Assembly (NCBI GenBank): GCA_035944635.1
Contig: DASZAZ010000034.1
Location: forward strand, 1,864 to 65,863
Source: Microvirga sp.
GTDB taxonomy: Bacteria; Pseudomonadota; Alphaproteobacteria; Rhizobiales; Beijerinckiaceae
DNA length: 64,000 bases
Direction of reading: 5' to 3'
In this document: one piece after another, positions 34,602 to 44,094 of the stretch
Numbering within the stretch: the first letter of the stretch is position 1
Layout of the letters: each line of letters opens with the position of its first letter
Notes under the pieces: generated by a model
Database searches by the model: none
The model's input: the letters and a program-made list of their open reading frames with translations, nothing else
What the model was told of the DNA's origin: nothing
Program-made: the position numbers and the translations under genes

Positions 34602-34665
34602 GGGCTTCGGGTGACTCCGGCGGCTTGAGCCGCTAAGGGCTTCGGAACGTTTCCCGGAGCCTCCC

Positions 34666-35370
34666 ATGACCCTCGACAAAGCCATCGCCGACGCGCTGCG
34701 CGCCACCACCACGGCCACCCTCACGACGGTGCTGCTGAAGAAGGGCATCCGCCGCTGCTGGATGAACGGGCCCATGCCCCTGTTCAACGCCGGCGAGCGC
34801 GTGGTGGGCCGCGCCTTCACGCTTCGCTTCGTGCCGGCGCGCGAGGACCTCGCCACCCCCGAATCCTGGTCCTCGCCGCGCTCCACTCGCGCCGCCATCG
34901 AGGACATGCCGGAGGGCTGCATCGCGGTCGTGGATGCCATGGGCGTGCAGGATGCGGGCATCTTCGGCGACATCCTCACCGCCCGCATGAGGAAGCGCGG
35001 CGTCGCGGCGCTCGTCACGGACGGCGTGGTGCGCGACGGCGAGGGCGTGGAGGGCACGGGGCTGCCCGTGTGGTGCACGGGCGTCGCGGCGCCGGCCTCC
35101 GTCGCCGGTCTCACCTTCGTGGGCTGGCAGGAGCCGGTCGGCTGCGGCGGCGTTGCAGTCTATCCCGACGACGTGGTGGTGGCGGACGGCGATGGCGCGG
35201 TGCTGATCCCGCAGGCCCTGGTCGCGGAGGTCGCCAATGCCGCCGTCGATCAGGAGCGGCTGGAACTCTGGATCATGCGCGAGATCGAGAAGGGCGTGCC
35301 GCTGCCCGGCCTCTACCCGCCGAACGCCGAGACCCGCGCCCGCTACGAGGCCGAGACCGGCAACGGCTAA
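34666..35370 (+). CDS. RraA-family protein (regulator of RNase E activity / aldolase-like)
   Basis: GDILTARMRKRGVAALVTDGVVRD motif. Confidence 0.75.
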   Translation: MTLDKAIADALRATTTATLTTVLLKKGIRRCWMNGPMPLFNAGERVVGRAFTLRFVPAREDLATPESWSSPRSTRAAIEDMPEGCIAVVDAMGVQDAGIFGDILTARMRKRGVAALVTDGVVRDGEGVEGTGLPVWCTGVAAPASVAGLTFVGWQEPVGCGGVAVYPDDVVVADGDGAVLIPQALVAEVANAAVDQERLELWIMREIEKGVPLPGLYPPNAETRARYEAETGNG

Positions 35371-35373
35371 AGG

Positions 35374-36171
35374 GTGTTCTACTACGCCTCCAAGATCGCC
35401 TGGTTCTTCGCCACGCCCTCAAGCCTTCTGCCGGCGCTCGTCGCGGTTGGATTGGTGCTGATGGCGTGGCGGCGGGCACGGCGCCCCGGCTTCGCGCTCG
35501 CGGCGCTCGGCACGCTCGCGATCTTCGTGGCCGGCCTCTCGCCGGTGGCCAATTGGGTGGTTCTGCCCCTCGAACAGCGCTTCCCGGCCTACCGGGACGA
35601 CGGGCGGCCCGTCACCGGGGTCATTGTGCTCGGCGGGGCGCTCGAAAGCGAGGTGGCCGACCGGCGCGGCCAGGTGACCCTGAACGAGGCCGGCGAACGG
35701 CTCACCGCCATGGCGGATCTCGCCCGGCGCTATCCTGACGCCCGCATCGTGTTCACGGGCGGGGGCAGCACGATCCTGCGCGACGAGCTCTCGGAAGCGG
35801 TCGCGCTCCAGCGCTTCGCCGGCTCGCTCGGGATCGCACCGGAGCGCATTCTGTTCGAGACCGAGTCCCGCACCACCGCCGAGAATGCGAGCCTCACCCG
35901 GCGTCTCGTGGAGCCGAAGCCGGGCGAGCGCTGGCTCCTCGTCACCTCCGCCTTCCACATGCCCCGCTCGATCGGCTGCTTCCGCCAGGCGGGGTTCGAG
36001 GTCGTGGCCCATCCGGTGGATTTCCGCACCCGCGGACCGGAGGATCGCTGGAAGCCCTTCAGCTTCGTCTCCGAGGGTCTGCGCCGGCTCGACCTCGCCT
36101 CCAAGGAATGGGCAGGCCTCGCGGCCTACCGCCTCTTCGGCCAGACCTCCGCGCTGTTCCCCGCGCCGTAA
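35374..36171 (+). CDS. YdcF/ElyC family (DUF218) protein
   Basis: N-terminal TM segments, then VLGGA...LVTSAFHMPR. Confidence 0.8.
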   Translation: MFYYASKIAWFFATPSSLLPALVAVGLVLMAWRRARRPGFALAALGTLAIFVAGLSPVANWVVLPLEQRFPAYRDDGRPVTGVIVLGGALESEVADRRGQVTLNEAGERLTAMADLARRYPDARIVFTGGGSTILRDELSEAVALQRFAGSLGIAPERILFETESRTTAENASLTRRLVEPKPGERWLLVTSAFHMPRSIGCFRQAGFEVVAHPVDFRTRGPEDRWKPFSFVSEGLRRLDLASKEWAGLAAYRLFGQTSALFPAP

Positions 36172-36253
36172 CGTCTGCAGCGACGCAAAACACGGCGACA
36201 TCGCTCTGCAACATGCCGGGCGTCTTTGAGGGCCGTCCTTTACGGAGACCTCG

Positions 36254-36685
36254 ATGACACCCCGCCAGATCGCTCTCGTCCAGGAGAGCTTCCGCCTCGT
36301 CCTCCCGATCCGGGAGCAGGCCGCCGCCCTCTTCTACGACCGCCTCTTCACCCTCGATCCGTCGCTCCGCCGGCTCTTCGTCGGCACCGACATGGGCGAG
36401 CAGGCCCGCAAGCTCATGATGGCCATCGGCATGGTGGTGGGCGGCCTCACGCGCCTCGATCAGATCATCGGCGAGGTGCGCAATCTGGCCGTGCGCCATG
36501 TCGGCTACGGCGTCGAGGAGAGCCATTACGCCACCGTGGGCGAAGCCCTGCTCTGGACGCTGGAAGCGGGCCTCAAGGACGCCTTCACGGCGGAGACCCG
36601 CGAGGCCTGGGCCGAAGCCTACACCCTCCTGAGCGGCGCGATGATCGAAGCCGCCCGCGCCGGCACCATGCGCCGCGCGAGCTAG
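36254..36685 (+). CDS. Stand-alone globin-domain protein (sensor-globin-like)
   Basis: IALVQESF...FYDRLFTLDPSLRRLF...HVGYGV resembles globin-coupled-sensor globins. No output domain. Confidence 0.7.
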   Translation: MTPRQIALVQESFRLVLPIREQAAALFYDRLFTLDPSLRRLFVGTDMGEQARKLMMAIGMVVGGLTRLDQIIGEVRNLAVRHVGYGVEESHYATVGEALLWTLEAGLKDAFTAETREAWAEAYTLLSGAMIEAARAGTMRRAS

Positions 36686-36981
36686 TCGCCTTCGGCGTCC
36701 GGCGCCGCGTCGGTGCCGGGCAGAGCCAGCCGGTAGACCCCGCGGAAATCGTCAGGGTCGACCGGGCGGCCCTTGCGCAGCAGCACCACCCTGCCCTGCT
36801 TCATGAGCCGCACCGCCACCCGGCGGATCGGCTGCATGAGCGGCCCCCACCCGTCCGGGTGATCGCCGCCAAGCGCCCGCGCCACATCCTGAGGCCCCAG
36901 CGTCTTGCCGGGGCGGCGCTCGGCCAGCATCGCCAGCAGACGTTCCTTGATAGCATTCGGATCGACGGTCGGTCGGCTCAT
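36682..36981 (-). CDS. DUF3253-like small protein
   Basis: 99-aa tail of track ORF 36682..37812. ATG 36981 overlaps the upstream stop. Family call is from memory. Confidence 0.55.
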   Translation of the reverse strand: MSRPTVDPNAIKERLLAMLAERRPGKTLGPQDVARALGGDHPDGWGPLMQPIRRVAVRLMKQGRVVLLRKGRPVDPDDFRGVYRLALPGTDAAPDAEGD

Positions 36982-37673
36982 GGCGGCGGCGGATCTCCGA
37001 GCAGGGCCTCCCGCGCATCGGAGGCGAATTGGCGCTTCCACATCACATAGAGCACCGCGGCGGTCGCGGCGATGAACACATAGGCGCTCACGAACCAGCC
37101 GAGATAGGCGAGCGCGAAGAAGAACGCGCGCTGGCCGCGGTTGAAGTGCTTGCCCGCCACCACGCTCATGGCCGCGGCCCGCCGCGCGGCGGCCAAAGCC
37201 TCGTCGTGGTTGTCGTCGCGCAGTACCGGCACGGAGCCCACGAGGATCGCCACGTAATTGAACAGGCGGTACGACCACGCGAACTTGAAGAACGCATAGA
37301 CGAAAACCACCGCGAGCCCCATCACCTTCACCTCCCAGGCCACCCGCGTGGTGGCGAGGCCTAAGGGCAGTTCCGCGAACAGCCCCACCACCGTATCCGT
37401 GCTCTGGAACAGGGCCAGCACACCGCCGACTGCGATGAGCGAGGTGGAAGCGAAGAACGCCGTGCCGTTTTGGAGCGAGGCCAGGATCGTGGTGTCCACG
37501 ATGCGGTTCTCGCGCACCACCAATTGCTCCATCCAGCGGTGGCGGTACTCGTTCATGAGCGGGTTCAGGCCGCGCCGCCCGGCCGGCGTCAGCTCCACCG
37601 CGGCCCAATAGGCCATCCAGGCAAGCGCAAAGAACGCGAGCCCGAGGTAGTCGACAATCGTGAAGCCCGTCAC
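36978..37673 (-). CDS. DUF599 family membrane protein
   Basis: Multi-TM protein with NEYRHRWM motif. GTG 37673 gives the usual ~230 aa; the ORF extends to 37778. Confidence 0.6.
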   Translation of the reverse strand: MTGFTIVDYLGLAFFALAWMAYWAAVELTPAGRRGLNPLMNEYRHRWMEQLVVRENRIVDTTILASLQNGTAFFASTSLIAVGGVLALFQSTDTVVGLFAELPLGLATTRVAWEVKVMGLAVVFVYAFFKFAWSYRLFNYVAILVGSVPVLRDDNHDEALAAARRAAAMSVVAGKHFNRGQRAFFFALAYLGWFVSAYVFIAATAAVLYVMWKRQFASDAREALLGDPPPP

Positions 37674-37795
37674 AGCCCCCTCCAGCCCCGCCGGTTGATC
37701 TCTCGTGCGGGATTGACCAGTTAAGTTCAAGCCGGAGTTCGACGGCGGGCTCCAGACTGTCACCACGGCCGGGTTCAAAGCGGGAGATCGAAGCC

Positions 37796-38218
37796 ATGCC
37801 CCAGACCATCACCCGCGGCTACAAGGCCCTTCTCGACGACGCCAACGCGAAGGTCGAAACCCTCACGCCCGCCGATGCCATGGCGCTGCAGGGCCGCGAC
37901 GACGTGGTGTTCGTGGACATCCGCGATCCGCGCGAATTAGAGCGCGAGGGAAAGATGCCCGGCGCGATCCATTGTCCGCGCGGCATGCTCGAATTCTGGA
38001 TCGACCCCGAGAGCCCCTACCACAAGCCGGTCTTCGCCGAGGACAAGCGCTTCGTGTTCTTCTGCGCCGGCGGCTGGCGCTCGGCGCTCGCCGCCGCGAC
38101 CGCGCAGGAGATGGGCCTGAAGCCCGTGGCGCATCTGGGCGGCGGGTTCGGGGCGTGGAAGAAGGAGGGCGGGCCCGTGGACGTGGTGGCGTCGAAGGGC
38201 GAGGCCGCGAAATCTTGA
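37796..38218 (+). CDS. Rhodanese-domain sulfurtransferase
   Basis: Active-site loop CAGGWRS. Confidence 0.85.
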   Translation: MPQTITRGYKALLDDANAKVETLTPADAMALQGRDDVVFVDIRDPRELEREGKMPGAIHCPRGMLEFWIDPESPYHKPVFAEDKRFVFFCAGGWRSALAAATAQEMGLKPVAHLGGGFGAWKKEGGPVDVVASKGEAAKS

Positions 38219-38255
38219 ATCGCATGTCCCACGAACTCAGCGCAAAGGCCGGCCC

Positions 38256-38579
38256 CTGACGATCGTCGCCTATATCGGCGCCGCGCTCGCGGAAATCGCG
38301 GGCTGCTTCGCGTTCTGGGCGTGGCTCCGGCTCGGGCAGCCCGTGTGGTGGCTCATCCCCGGCATCCTGTCGCTCGCGGCCTTCGCGTGGTTCCTCACCT
38401 TCGTGGACGCGAGCGCGGCGGGGCGCGCCTACGCGGCCTATGGCGGCATCTACATCGCGGCGTCGCTCGGGTGGTTGTGGGCCGTCGAGGGCATCCGCCC
38501 CGATCGCTGGGACGTGGTCGGGGCCAGCCTCTGCCTCGTCGGAGCCGGCATCATCCTGCTCGGTCCCCGTGCGGCGTGA
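38256..38579 (+). CDS. ynfA: UPF0060 membrane protein YnfA homologue, non-canonical start
   Basis: The frame reads (L)[31 protein letters not shown]..., but there is no ATG/GTG/TTG upstream of 38343. CTG 38256 sits where Met is expected. Confidence 0.65.
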   Translation: MTIVAYIGAALAEIAGCFAFWAWLRLGQPVWWLIPGILSLAAFAWFLTFVDASAAGRAYAAYGGIYIAASLGWLWAVEGIRPDRWDVVGASLCLVGAGIILLGPRAA

Positions 38580-38589
38580 GCGGCAGCGT

Positions 38590-38883
38590 TCAAGTGGTCG
38601 CCCGCACCTCGAAGCGGCCGGCTTCGGTGCGTTCGGAGACGTCGGCGGCGCTGACCTCCACGCCCTCCACATGGCCGGTGCTCGGCCCGACCCGGCAGAC
38701 ATCCAGCATGGCATCCACCGCGTGGTCGGGGCCGGAGAACACAGCCTCCACGGCACCGTCGCGCCGGTTGCGCACCCAGCCTGCAAGACCGCGCAGTTCC
38801 GCCTGATGCTGGGTCCAGGCACGGAAGCCCACGCCTTGAACCTGGCCGCGGATGACGATGTGAACGGTGCGGGTGGTCGGCAT
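38590..38883 (-). CDS. acyP: Acylphosphatase
   Basis: GQVQGVGFR and GWVRN motifs, 97 aa. Confidence 0.85.
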   Translation of the reverse strand: MPTTRTVHIVIRGQVQGVGFRAWTQHQAELRGLAGWVRNRRDGAVEAVFSGPDHAVDAMLDVCRVGPSTGHVEGVEVSAADVSERTEAGRFEVRATT

Positions 38884-38933
38884 GGGGGCTTCGCTCTCCT
38901 TCGCTGCGGCTAACGCTTCGCCTGGACGCGGGT

Positions 38934-39446
38934 TCAGCGGGGGCCGCGGCGAACGGAGGACGGTGCCGAAAACAGCGGGCGCACCTTCGGGGTTTGCGGC
39001 ACCGGCTGTTCGGCCTGCAGGCGCTGGTGCGGCAGCCACAGCTCCAGCTCGCGCCGGTAATCCGCCGGCAGGCCCGCGGCTTCGGCTGCGGCCACGACCG
39101 CTTCCATATATTCGGGCTTCGGCAGGCCGGGTTTCGTGGCGCGCGCGAGGTAGACCAGCGCCCGCCGCGGCCCCTTGTCGGTCAAGACCGGCTGCACGGA
39201 CTTGCCGTAGAGCCCCGCCGACACGCTCTCCCACCGGTCGAGGGCCGGCACGTCCGCGAGCGCGAGGTCCCACAAGAGTCCCCAAACGGTGCGGCGCGGG
39301 TCGCGCATCACGGAGGCGTAGCCGTCGGTCGTCACGAGGAAGCGATGCCGCGCGAGCCGCGCGACGCCCACCGGCTTAGAGGCCGGGCAGCGCGCCTTCA
39401 TGGCGGCGAGGTCCATGTTGGAACCGTAGGCGAAGTAGAGGGGCAT
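38934..39446 (-). CDS. Gamma-glutamylcyclotransferase (AIG2-like) family protein
   Basis: YFAYGSNM N-terminal motif. Confidence 0.8.
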   Translation of the reverse strand: MPLYFAYGSNMDLAAMKARCPASKPVGVARLARHRFLVTTDGYASVMRDPRRTVWGLLWDLALADVPALDRWESVSAGLYGKSVQPVLTDKGPRRALVYLARATKPGLPKPEYMEAVVAAAEAAGLPADYRRELELWLPHQRLQAEQPVPQTPKVRPLFSAPSSVRRGPR

Positions 39447-39458
39447 CGCTCGCACCTT

Positions 39459-39620
39459 CTCCCCTCCCCCTTGCGGGGAGGGGTTGGGGGGTGGGGGTCG
39501 GGAGGAGTGAACCGCTGAGGTGGCTTCTGCACACACCGTTACGCGGAACAGCCTGGGCGGTGCCTCTTGCACCACCCCCACCCGGCCGCTTCGCGTCCAC
39601 CCTCCCCTCAAGGGGGAGGG
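39459..39620. repeat. REP-like composite (two inverted hairpin + G-run units)
   Basis: CTCCCCTCCCCCTTGCGGGGAGGGG-TTGGGGGGTGGGGG // CACCACCCCCACCC ... CCCTCCCCTCAAGGGGGAGGG. Confidence 0.75.
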
Positions 39621-39631
39621 CAAAACCGCGC

Positions 39632-41635
39632 CTACGCGAACTCCAGGATCACCGCATCGACCGCAAGGCTGTCGCCTTCCTTGGCGGCGACGCTCTGCAC
39701 CGTGGCGTCGCGTTCCGCGCGGAGCACGTTCTCCATCTTCATGGCTTCGACGATGGCCAGCGGCTCGCCCACCTTCACCTCCTGGCCGGCCGTGACCATG
39801 ATGGCCTTCACGAGGCCGGGCATGGGGCAGAGCAGCTGCTTGCCGGTGTCGGCCTCGGCCTTCTCGGGCATGAGCGCGGCGAGCTCCGCCTCGCGGCGGG
39901 TATAGACCCGCGCCTCTGACGAAGCCCCCGCATGGGCGAGCAGGAGGCCGTTCAGGATCGGGCGCACCTGCACGGCGACCGACGCGCCGCCGACGCGGCC
40001 GGTCCAAACGGGCGCGCCCGGCTTCCAGTGCGATTCCACGGGCCACGCGGTGCCGTCGGCGAATGCCACCGCGATGCCGCCGTCCACGTCCTCGATCGTC
40101 ACGTCGTGACGCTCATGCCCCAGCATCACCACGCGCTCCCGGTCGAAGCGCACGAAGCCGGCCTCCCGCAGCTGGCCCGAGATCCGGCGCTTCCGCTCGT
40201 TCTGGAGGTGATCGACCGCCGCTGCCACCGCGGCCATGCGCAAGGCCATCTCGCCCGTGGGCGCGGGCGCCTTGAACCCGTCCGGGAACTCCTCGGCGAT
40301 GAAGCCCGTGGAGAGGCGACCCTCGCGCCAGCGCGGATGCTGCATGAGGGCAGCGAGGAAGGGGATGTTGTGGCGGATGCCATCGATGGCAAACGCATCG
40401 AGCGCCGTCGCCTGCGCGTCGATCGCCTGCTCGCGGGTCGGCGCATGGGTCACGAGCTTCGCGATCATCGGATCGTAGAAGATGGAGATCTCGCCGCCCT
40501 CCCCCACGCCCGTGTCGTTGCGCACCGTGACGCCATCGTGCACGCCTTCCTGGGGCGCGCGATAGGTGACGAGGCGCCCCGTGGAGGGCAGGAAGTTGCG
40601 GGTCGGGTCCTCGGCATAGACGCGGCTTTCCACCGACCAGCCGTTGAGCCGCACGTCGGCCTGGGTGAGCCGCAATTTCTCGCCCGCCGCCACGCGGATC
40701 ATCTCCTCCACGAGATCGATTCCGGTGATCATCTCAGTCACCGGATGCTCCACCTGGAGGCGGGTGTTCATTTCGAGGAAGTAGAAGGAGCGGTCCTGGC
40801 CGGCGACGAACTCCACCGTGCCGGCGGAATCGTAGCCCACGGCCTTGGCCAGCGCGACGGCCTGCTCGCCCATCTTCCGGCGTGTGGCTTCGTCGAGCAG
40901 CGGCGACGGGGCCTCTTCGATCACCTTTTGATTGCGGCGCTGGATCGAGCATTCGCGCTCGCCCAAATAGATCACGTTGCCGTGCTTGTCGCCGAGCACC
41001 TGGATCTCGATGTGGCGCGGATCGGTGATGAACTTTTCCACGAACACCCGGTCGTCGCCGAAGGACGACGCGGCTTCCGATTTGGCGCGCGCAAATCCTT
41101 CCGCGACCTCGCCGGCCGAGAAGGCGATACGCATGCCCTTGCCGCCGCCGCCCGCCGACGCCTTGATCATGACGGGATAGCCGATCTCGTCGGCGATGCG
41201 CACCGCATGCTCGGGGCTGTCGATGATGCCGAGATAGCCCGGGACGGTGGAGACCTTCGCGGCGGCCGCGGCTTTCTTCGACTCGATCTTGTCGCCCATG
41301 GCGGCGATGGCATGCGGATTGGGGCCGATGAAGGTGACGCCGGCCGCGTGAAGCGCCTGCGGGAAAGCCTCGCGCTCGGAGAGAAAGCCGTAACCCGGAT
41401 GCACCGCTTGCGCGCCGGTCTGGCGGCAGGCTTCCACGATCTTGTCGATCACGAGATAGGATTGCGCCGCGGGCGCGGGTCCGAGGTGCACGGCTTCGTC
41501 CGCCATCTCCACATGGAGCGCATCGCGGTCGGCGTCGGAGAACACCGCCACGGTCTTGATGCCCATGCGCCGGGCCGTCTTGATGACGCGGCAAGCGATC
41601 TCGCCGCGGTTGGCGATCAGGATTTTGTCGAACAT
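39632..41635 (-). CDS. pccA: Propionyl-CoA carboxylase alpha subunit (biotin carboxylase + BCCP)
   Basis: ERECSIQRRNQKVIEEAPS matches the PccA-type motif as I recall it, rather than the MccA type. C-terminal EAMKM biotinyl-lysine. Confidence 0.88.
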   Translation of the reverse strand: MFDKILIANRGEIACRVIKTARRMGIKTVAVFSDADRDALHVEMADEAVHLGPAPAAQSYLVIDKIVEACRQTGAQAVHPGYGFLSEREAFPQALHAAGVTFIGPNPHAIAAMGDKIESKKAAAAAKVSTVPGYLGIIDSPEHAVRIADEIGYPVMIKASAGGGGKGMRIAFSAGEVAEGFARAKSEAASSFGDDRVFVEKFITDPRHIEIQVLGDKHGNVIYLGERECSIQRRNQKVIEEAPSPLLDEATRRKMGEQAVALAKAVGYDSAGTVEFVAGQDRSFYFLEMNTRLQVEHPVTEMITGIDLVEEMIRVAAGEKLRLTQADVRLNGWSVESRVYAEDPTRNFLPSTGRLVTYRAPQEGVHDGVTVRNDTGVGEGGEISIFYDPMIAKLVTHAPTREQAIDAQATALDAFAIDGIRHNIPFLAALMQHPRWREGRLSTGFIAEEFPDGFKAPAPTGEMALRMAAVAAAVDHLQNERKRRISGQLREAGFVRFDRERVVMLGHERHDVTIEDVDGGIAVAFADGTAWPVESHWKPGAPVWTGRVGGASVAVQVRPILNGLLLAHAGASSEARVYTRREAELAALMPEKAEADTGKQLLCPMPGLVKAIMVTAGQEVKVGEPLAIVEAMKMENVLRAERDATVQSVAAKEGDSLAVDAVILEFA

Positions 41636-41730
41636 GAGCGCGGGGCCTCGTGCTTAGGCCGTGAGGTGTGGTGAGGCCTTCTAACGAGGCGGAGCCATGG
41701 GCGTCTACGCCCATTTTGGGGACGCACGAT

Positions 41731-42227
41731 CCCTCCCTGCCAAGGGAGGGTGGCGCACGAAGGGTGACGGGTGGGATCAGAGCTCACCGCTCCAGCAGGT
41801 ACCCCGTATTCCCCTCCCGCCGCTTGCAGCGGGGAGGGACTAAGGGTGGGGCGTGCCCGGCGTAGACCTCGATCCAGCAGGACTAAGCACCTCCCTCCCC
41901 TCAGGGGAGGGGTTAGGGGTGGGGTGTTGCGCGAAGCGCATCCGGCACGGCGTCAGACGAGCAGCACGGAAGGACGTTGGCCGCAGCGCATCCGGCACGA
42001 TGGCGGCAGGAAGGATCGCCTGACGGCGAACACCCCACCCGTCACCCTTCGGGTGCCACCCTCCCCTGAAGGGAGGGAGGAGCGTGCTCGACCCGGGCGC
42101 GTCTCGCCCAGCATCTCGGAAGCGGAGCCGCCCCCCACCCCTAACCCCTCCCCGCCGCACGCGGGGGAGGGAGATGCGCTCGATCCAGCAAGGTCCATGC
42201 GTCCTCCCTCCCCCGAGCGGGGAGGGA
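41731..42227. repeat. Cluster of six REP-like hairpin + G-run units in both orientations
   Basis: CCCTCCC-loop-GGGAGGG hairpins at about 41731, 41811, 41891, 42058, 42148 and 42203, each flanked by a GGG(G)TGGGG or CCCCACCC segment. Confidence 0.8.
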
Positions 42228-42237
42228 TTGGGAGCCC

Positions 42238-42645
42238 TCACGCCGCCAGGCTCGCAAAGGTCGACATCCCGCGGCGGGCGAAGAAGAGGAGTTCGGGATC
42301 GACTTCCTGGGCTTCTTGGACGATGGCGCGGGCGATGCGGAGCGCGGTGCCGGTGGGCTCGCCGCAGGTGAAGGCGGTGACGAGCCAGGCGGCGGTTTCG
42401 GCCGGCACCCGGCCGGTGGGACGCGAGCCCCACACCACGTAATCGACCATCACGGTGACGAGGAAGTCGCCCCAGGAGGCATGCGCGTCGAGGGTCCGGT
42501 CGAGGGCGAGCAGGGCATCGGCCTCGGCGCGGGAGCCGATGCCATCGGTGAGGATGTTGCGCTGAAGCTCGCGAACGTCGTCCTGCGTAATCGCCTTGTT
42601 GTCGATAACACGGTCGATGAAGTGGTGAAGGTTTGCGTTGATCAT
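42238..42645 (-). CDS. Hypothetical protein (135 aa)
   Basis: GGGAGG RBS before ATG 42645. No family recognised. Confidence 0.55.
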   Translation of the reverse strand: MINANLHHFIDRVIDNKAITQDDVRELQRNILTDGIGSRAEADALLALDRTLDAHASWGDFLVTVMVDYVVWGSRPTGRVPAETAAWLVTAFTCGEPTGTALRIARAIVQEAQEVDPELLFFARRGMSTFASLAA

Positions 42646-42992
42646 CTGTTTGAGCCTCCCAGCTTTCGAGCTGCCGGTTCCTGTCCTGTTGTCAGAAGCG
42701 GTCGGCTTTTGTTGGCGCCGGTTCCTGTCTTGCTGACGGGATGAAGGTGCCATGCGAGGGAGGTCTAAAAAGTTAACAGCCGAATCTGAATCCCCGTTCA
42801 GGTTAAGCAACGTTGAGAGTTGATGGTTGCGGGAGTGTTGCTTTCCGGATTGCGTCGCGGCCCCGGACCGGCGCCGGCCGCTGTTTTGCAGCGGTGCAAA
42901 GGGCGCTTGTTCGGCTTCCGCTGGAGTTTGCACCGCTTATCTCGCAAGCATGACAGCGGGCCTGACGCGCCCGCCTTCCCGAGGAGGGATCC

Positions 42993-43925
42993 ATGCGCAA
43001 CCCCGGCATCCACCACGTGACCGCCATCGCCGGCCCCGCCCGGCGCAATTTCGATTTCTATACGCGCACGCTCGGCCTGCGCTTCGTGAAGCGCACGGTG
43101 AACTTCGACGATCCGGGCACCTACCACTTCTATTACGGCGACGAGACCGGCAGCCCCGGCACGATCCTGACCTTCTTCCCCTGGGAGCATGTGGCGCCCG
43201 GACGGCTGGGCGTCGGGCTCACCTTCGAGACCGCGTTCCGCGTGCCCGAGGGCGCCATCGGCTACTGGGCTCACCGCTTCGTCGAGAAGGGCGTGCCGCA
43301 CGACGCGCCGGAGCGCCGCTTCGGCGAGAGCGTTCTCGCCTTCAAGGACCCAGACGGGATGAGCCTCTCGCTCGTGGGCGTCACCGGCGCGGAGGCCGAG
43401 CCCGCCTGGACCGCGGGCGAGGTGCCGGCGGAGCATGCGATCCGCGGCTTCCAGGGCGTGACGCTCCTCCTCGAGGACGCGGCGCGCACCGGTGCGATTC
43501 TCGCGGACGTGATGGGCTTCGTGGAAGGCGGCCGGGAGGGCGCGACGCACCGCTTCACGGCGCCGGGTGCAAGCCTCGGCGGCGTGGTCGACATCCGGGC
43601 GGCTGCGGGCTTCCTGCCGGGCCGCCAGGGCGGCGGCTCGGTGCACCACATCGCCTTCCGGGCCGGCGGCGACGCGGAGCAGGCCGAGATGGTGCGGCGC
43701 CTCGCCGAGAACCACGGCATCCGCGCCACGGAGCAGCGAGATCGGAACTACTTCCGCTCCGTCTACTTCCGGGAGCCCGGCGGCATCCTGTTCGAGATCG
43801 CGACCGACGATCCGGGCTTTGCCGCCGACGAGGCGGTCGAGACCCTGGGCAGCGCCCTGAAGCTTCCGCGGTTCCTGGAGCCGCGGCGGCAGGAGATCGA
43901 AGCGGTGCTGCCCGAGCTCGCTTGA
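42993..43925 (+). CDS. Two-domain VOC ring-cleaving dioxygenase-like protein (MhqO-like)
   Basis: GIHHVTAIAG...NFDFYTRTLGLRFVKRTVNFDDPGTYHFYYGD pattern. Confidence 0.8.
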   Translation: MRNPGIHHVTAIAGPARRNFDFYTRTLGLRFVKRTVNFDDPGTYHFYYGDETGSPGTILTFFPWEHVAPGRLGVGLTFETAFRVPEGAIGYWAHRFVEKGVPHDAPERRFGESVLAFKDPDGMSLSLVGVTGAEAEPAWTAGEVPAEHAIRGFQGVTLLLEDAARTGAILADVMGFVEGGREGATHRFTAPGASLGGVVDIRAAAGFLPGRQGGGSVHHIAFRAGGDAEQAEMVRRLAENHGIRATEQRDRNYFRSVYFREPGGILFEIATDDPGFAADEAVETLGSALKLPRFLEPRRQEIEAVLPELA

Positions 43926-43941
43926 AGGCCTGACAAAACGG

Positions 43942-43975
43942 GAGGGGAGTTCGTTGAACGGGACTCCCCTCTTTC
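43942..43975 (+). terminator. Hairpin terminator candidate
   Basis: GAGGGGAGT-12 nt-ACTCCCCTC followed by TTTCGC. Confidence 0.5.
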
Positions 43976-44094
43976 GCACGGGCTCGTTCAACGCCCGCGC
44001 GACGCCGCGAGGCGTTCAGCCCTGACCTTTTTCTGTTCACCTGCAGCCGGTTGCACCTGCTCCCTCTGAGGCGGAGCGGGAGAAAGCGTGAGCG

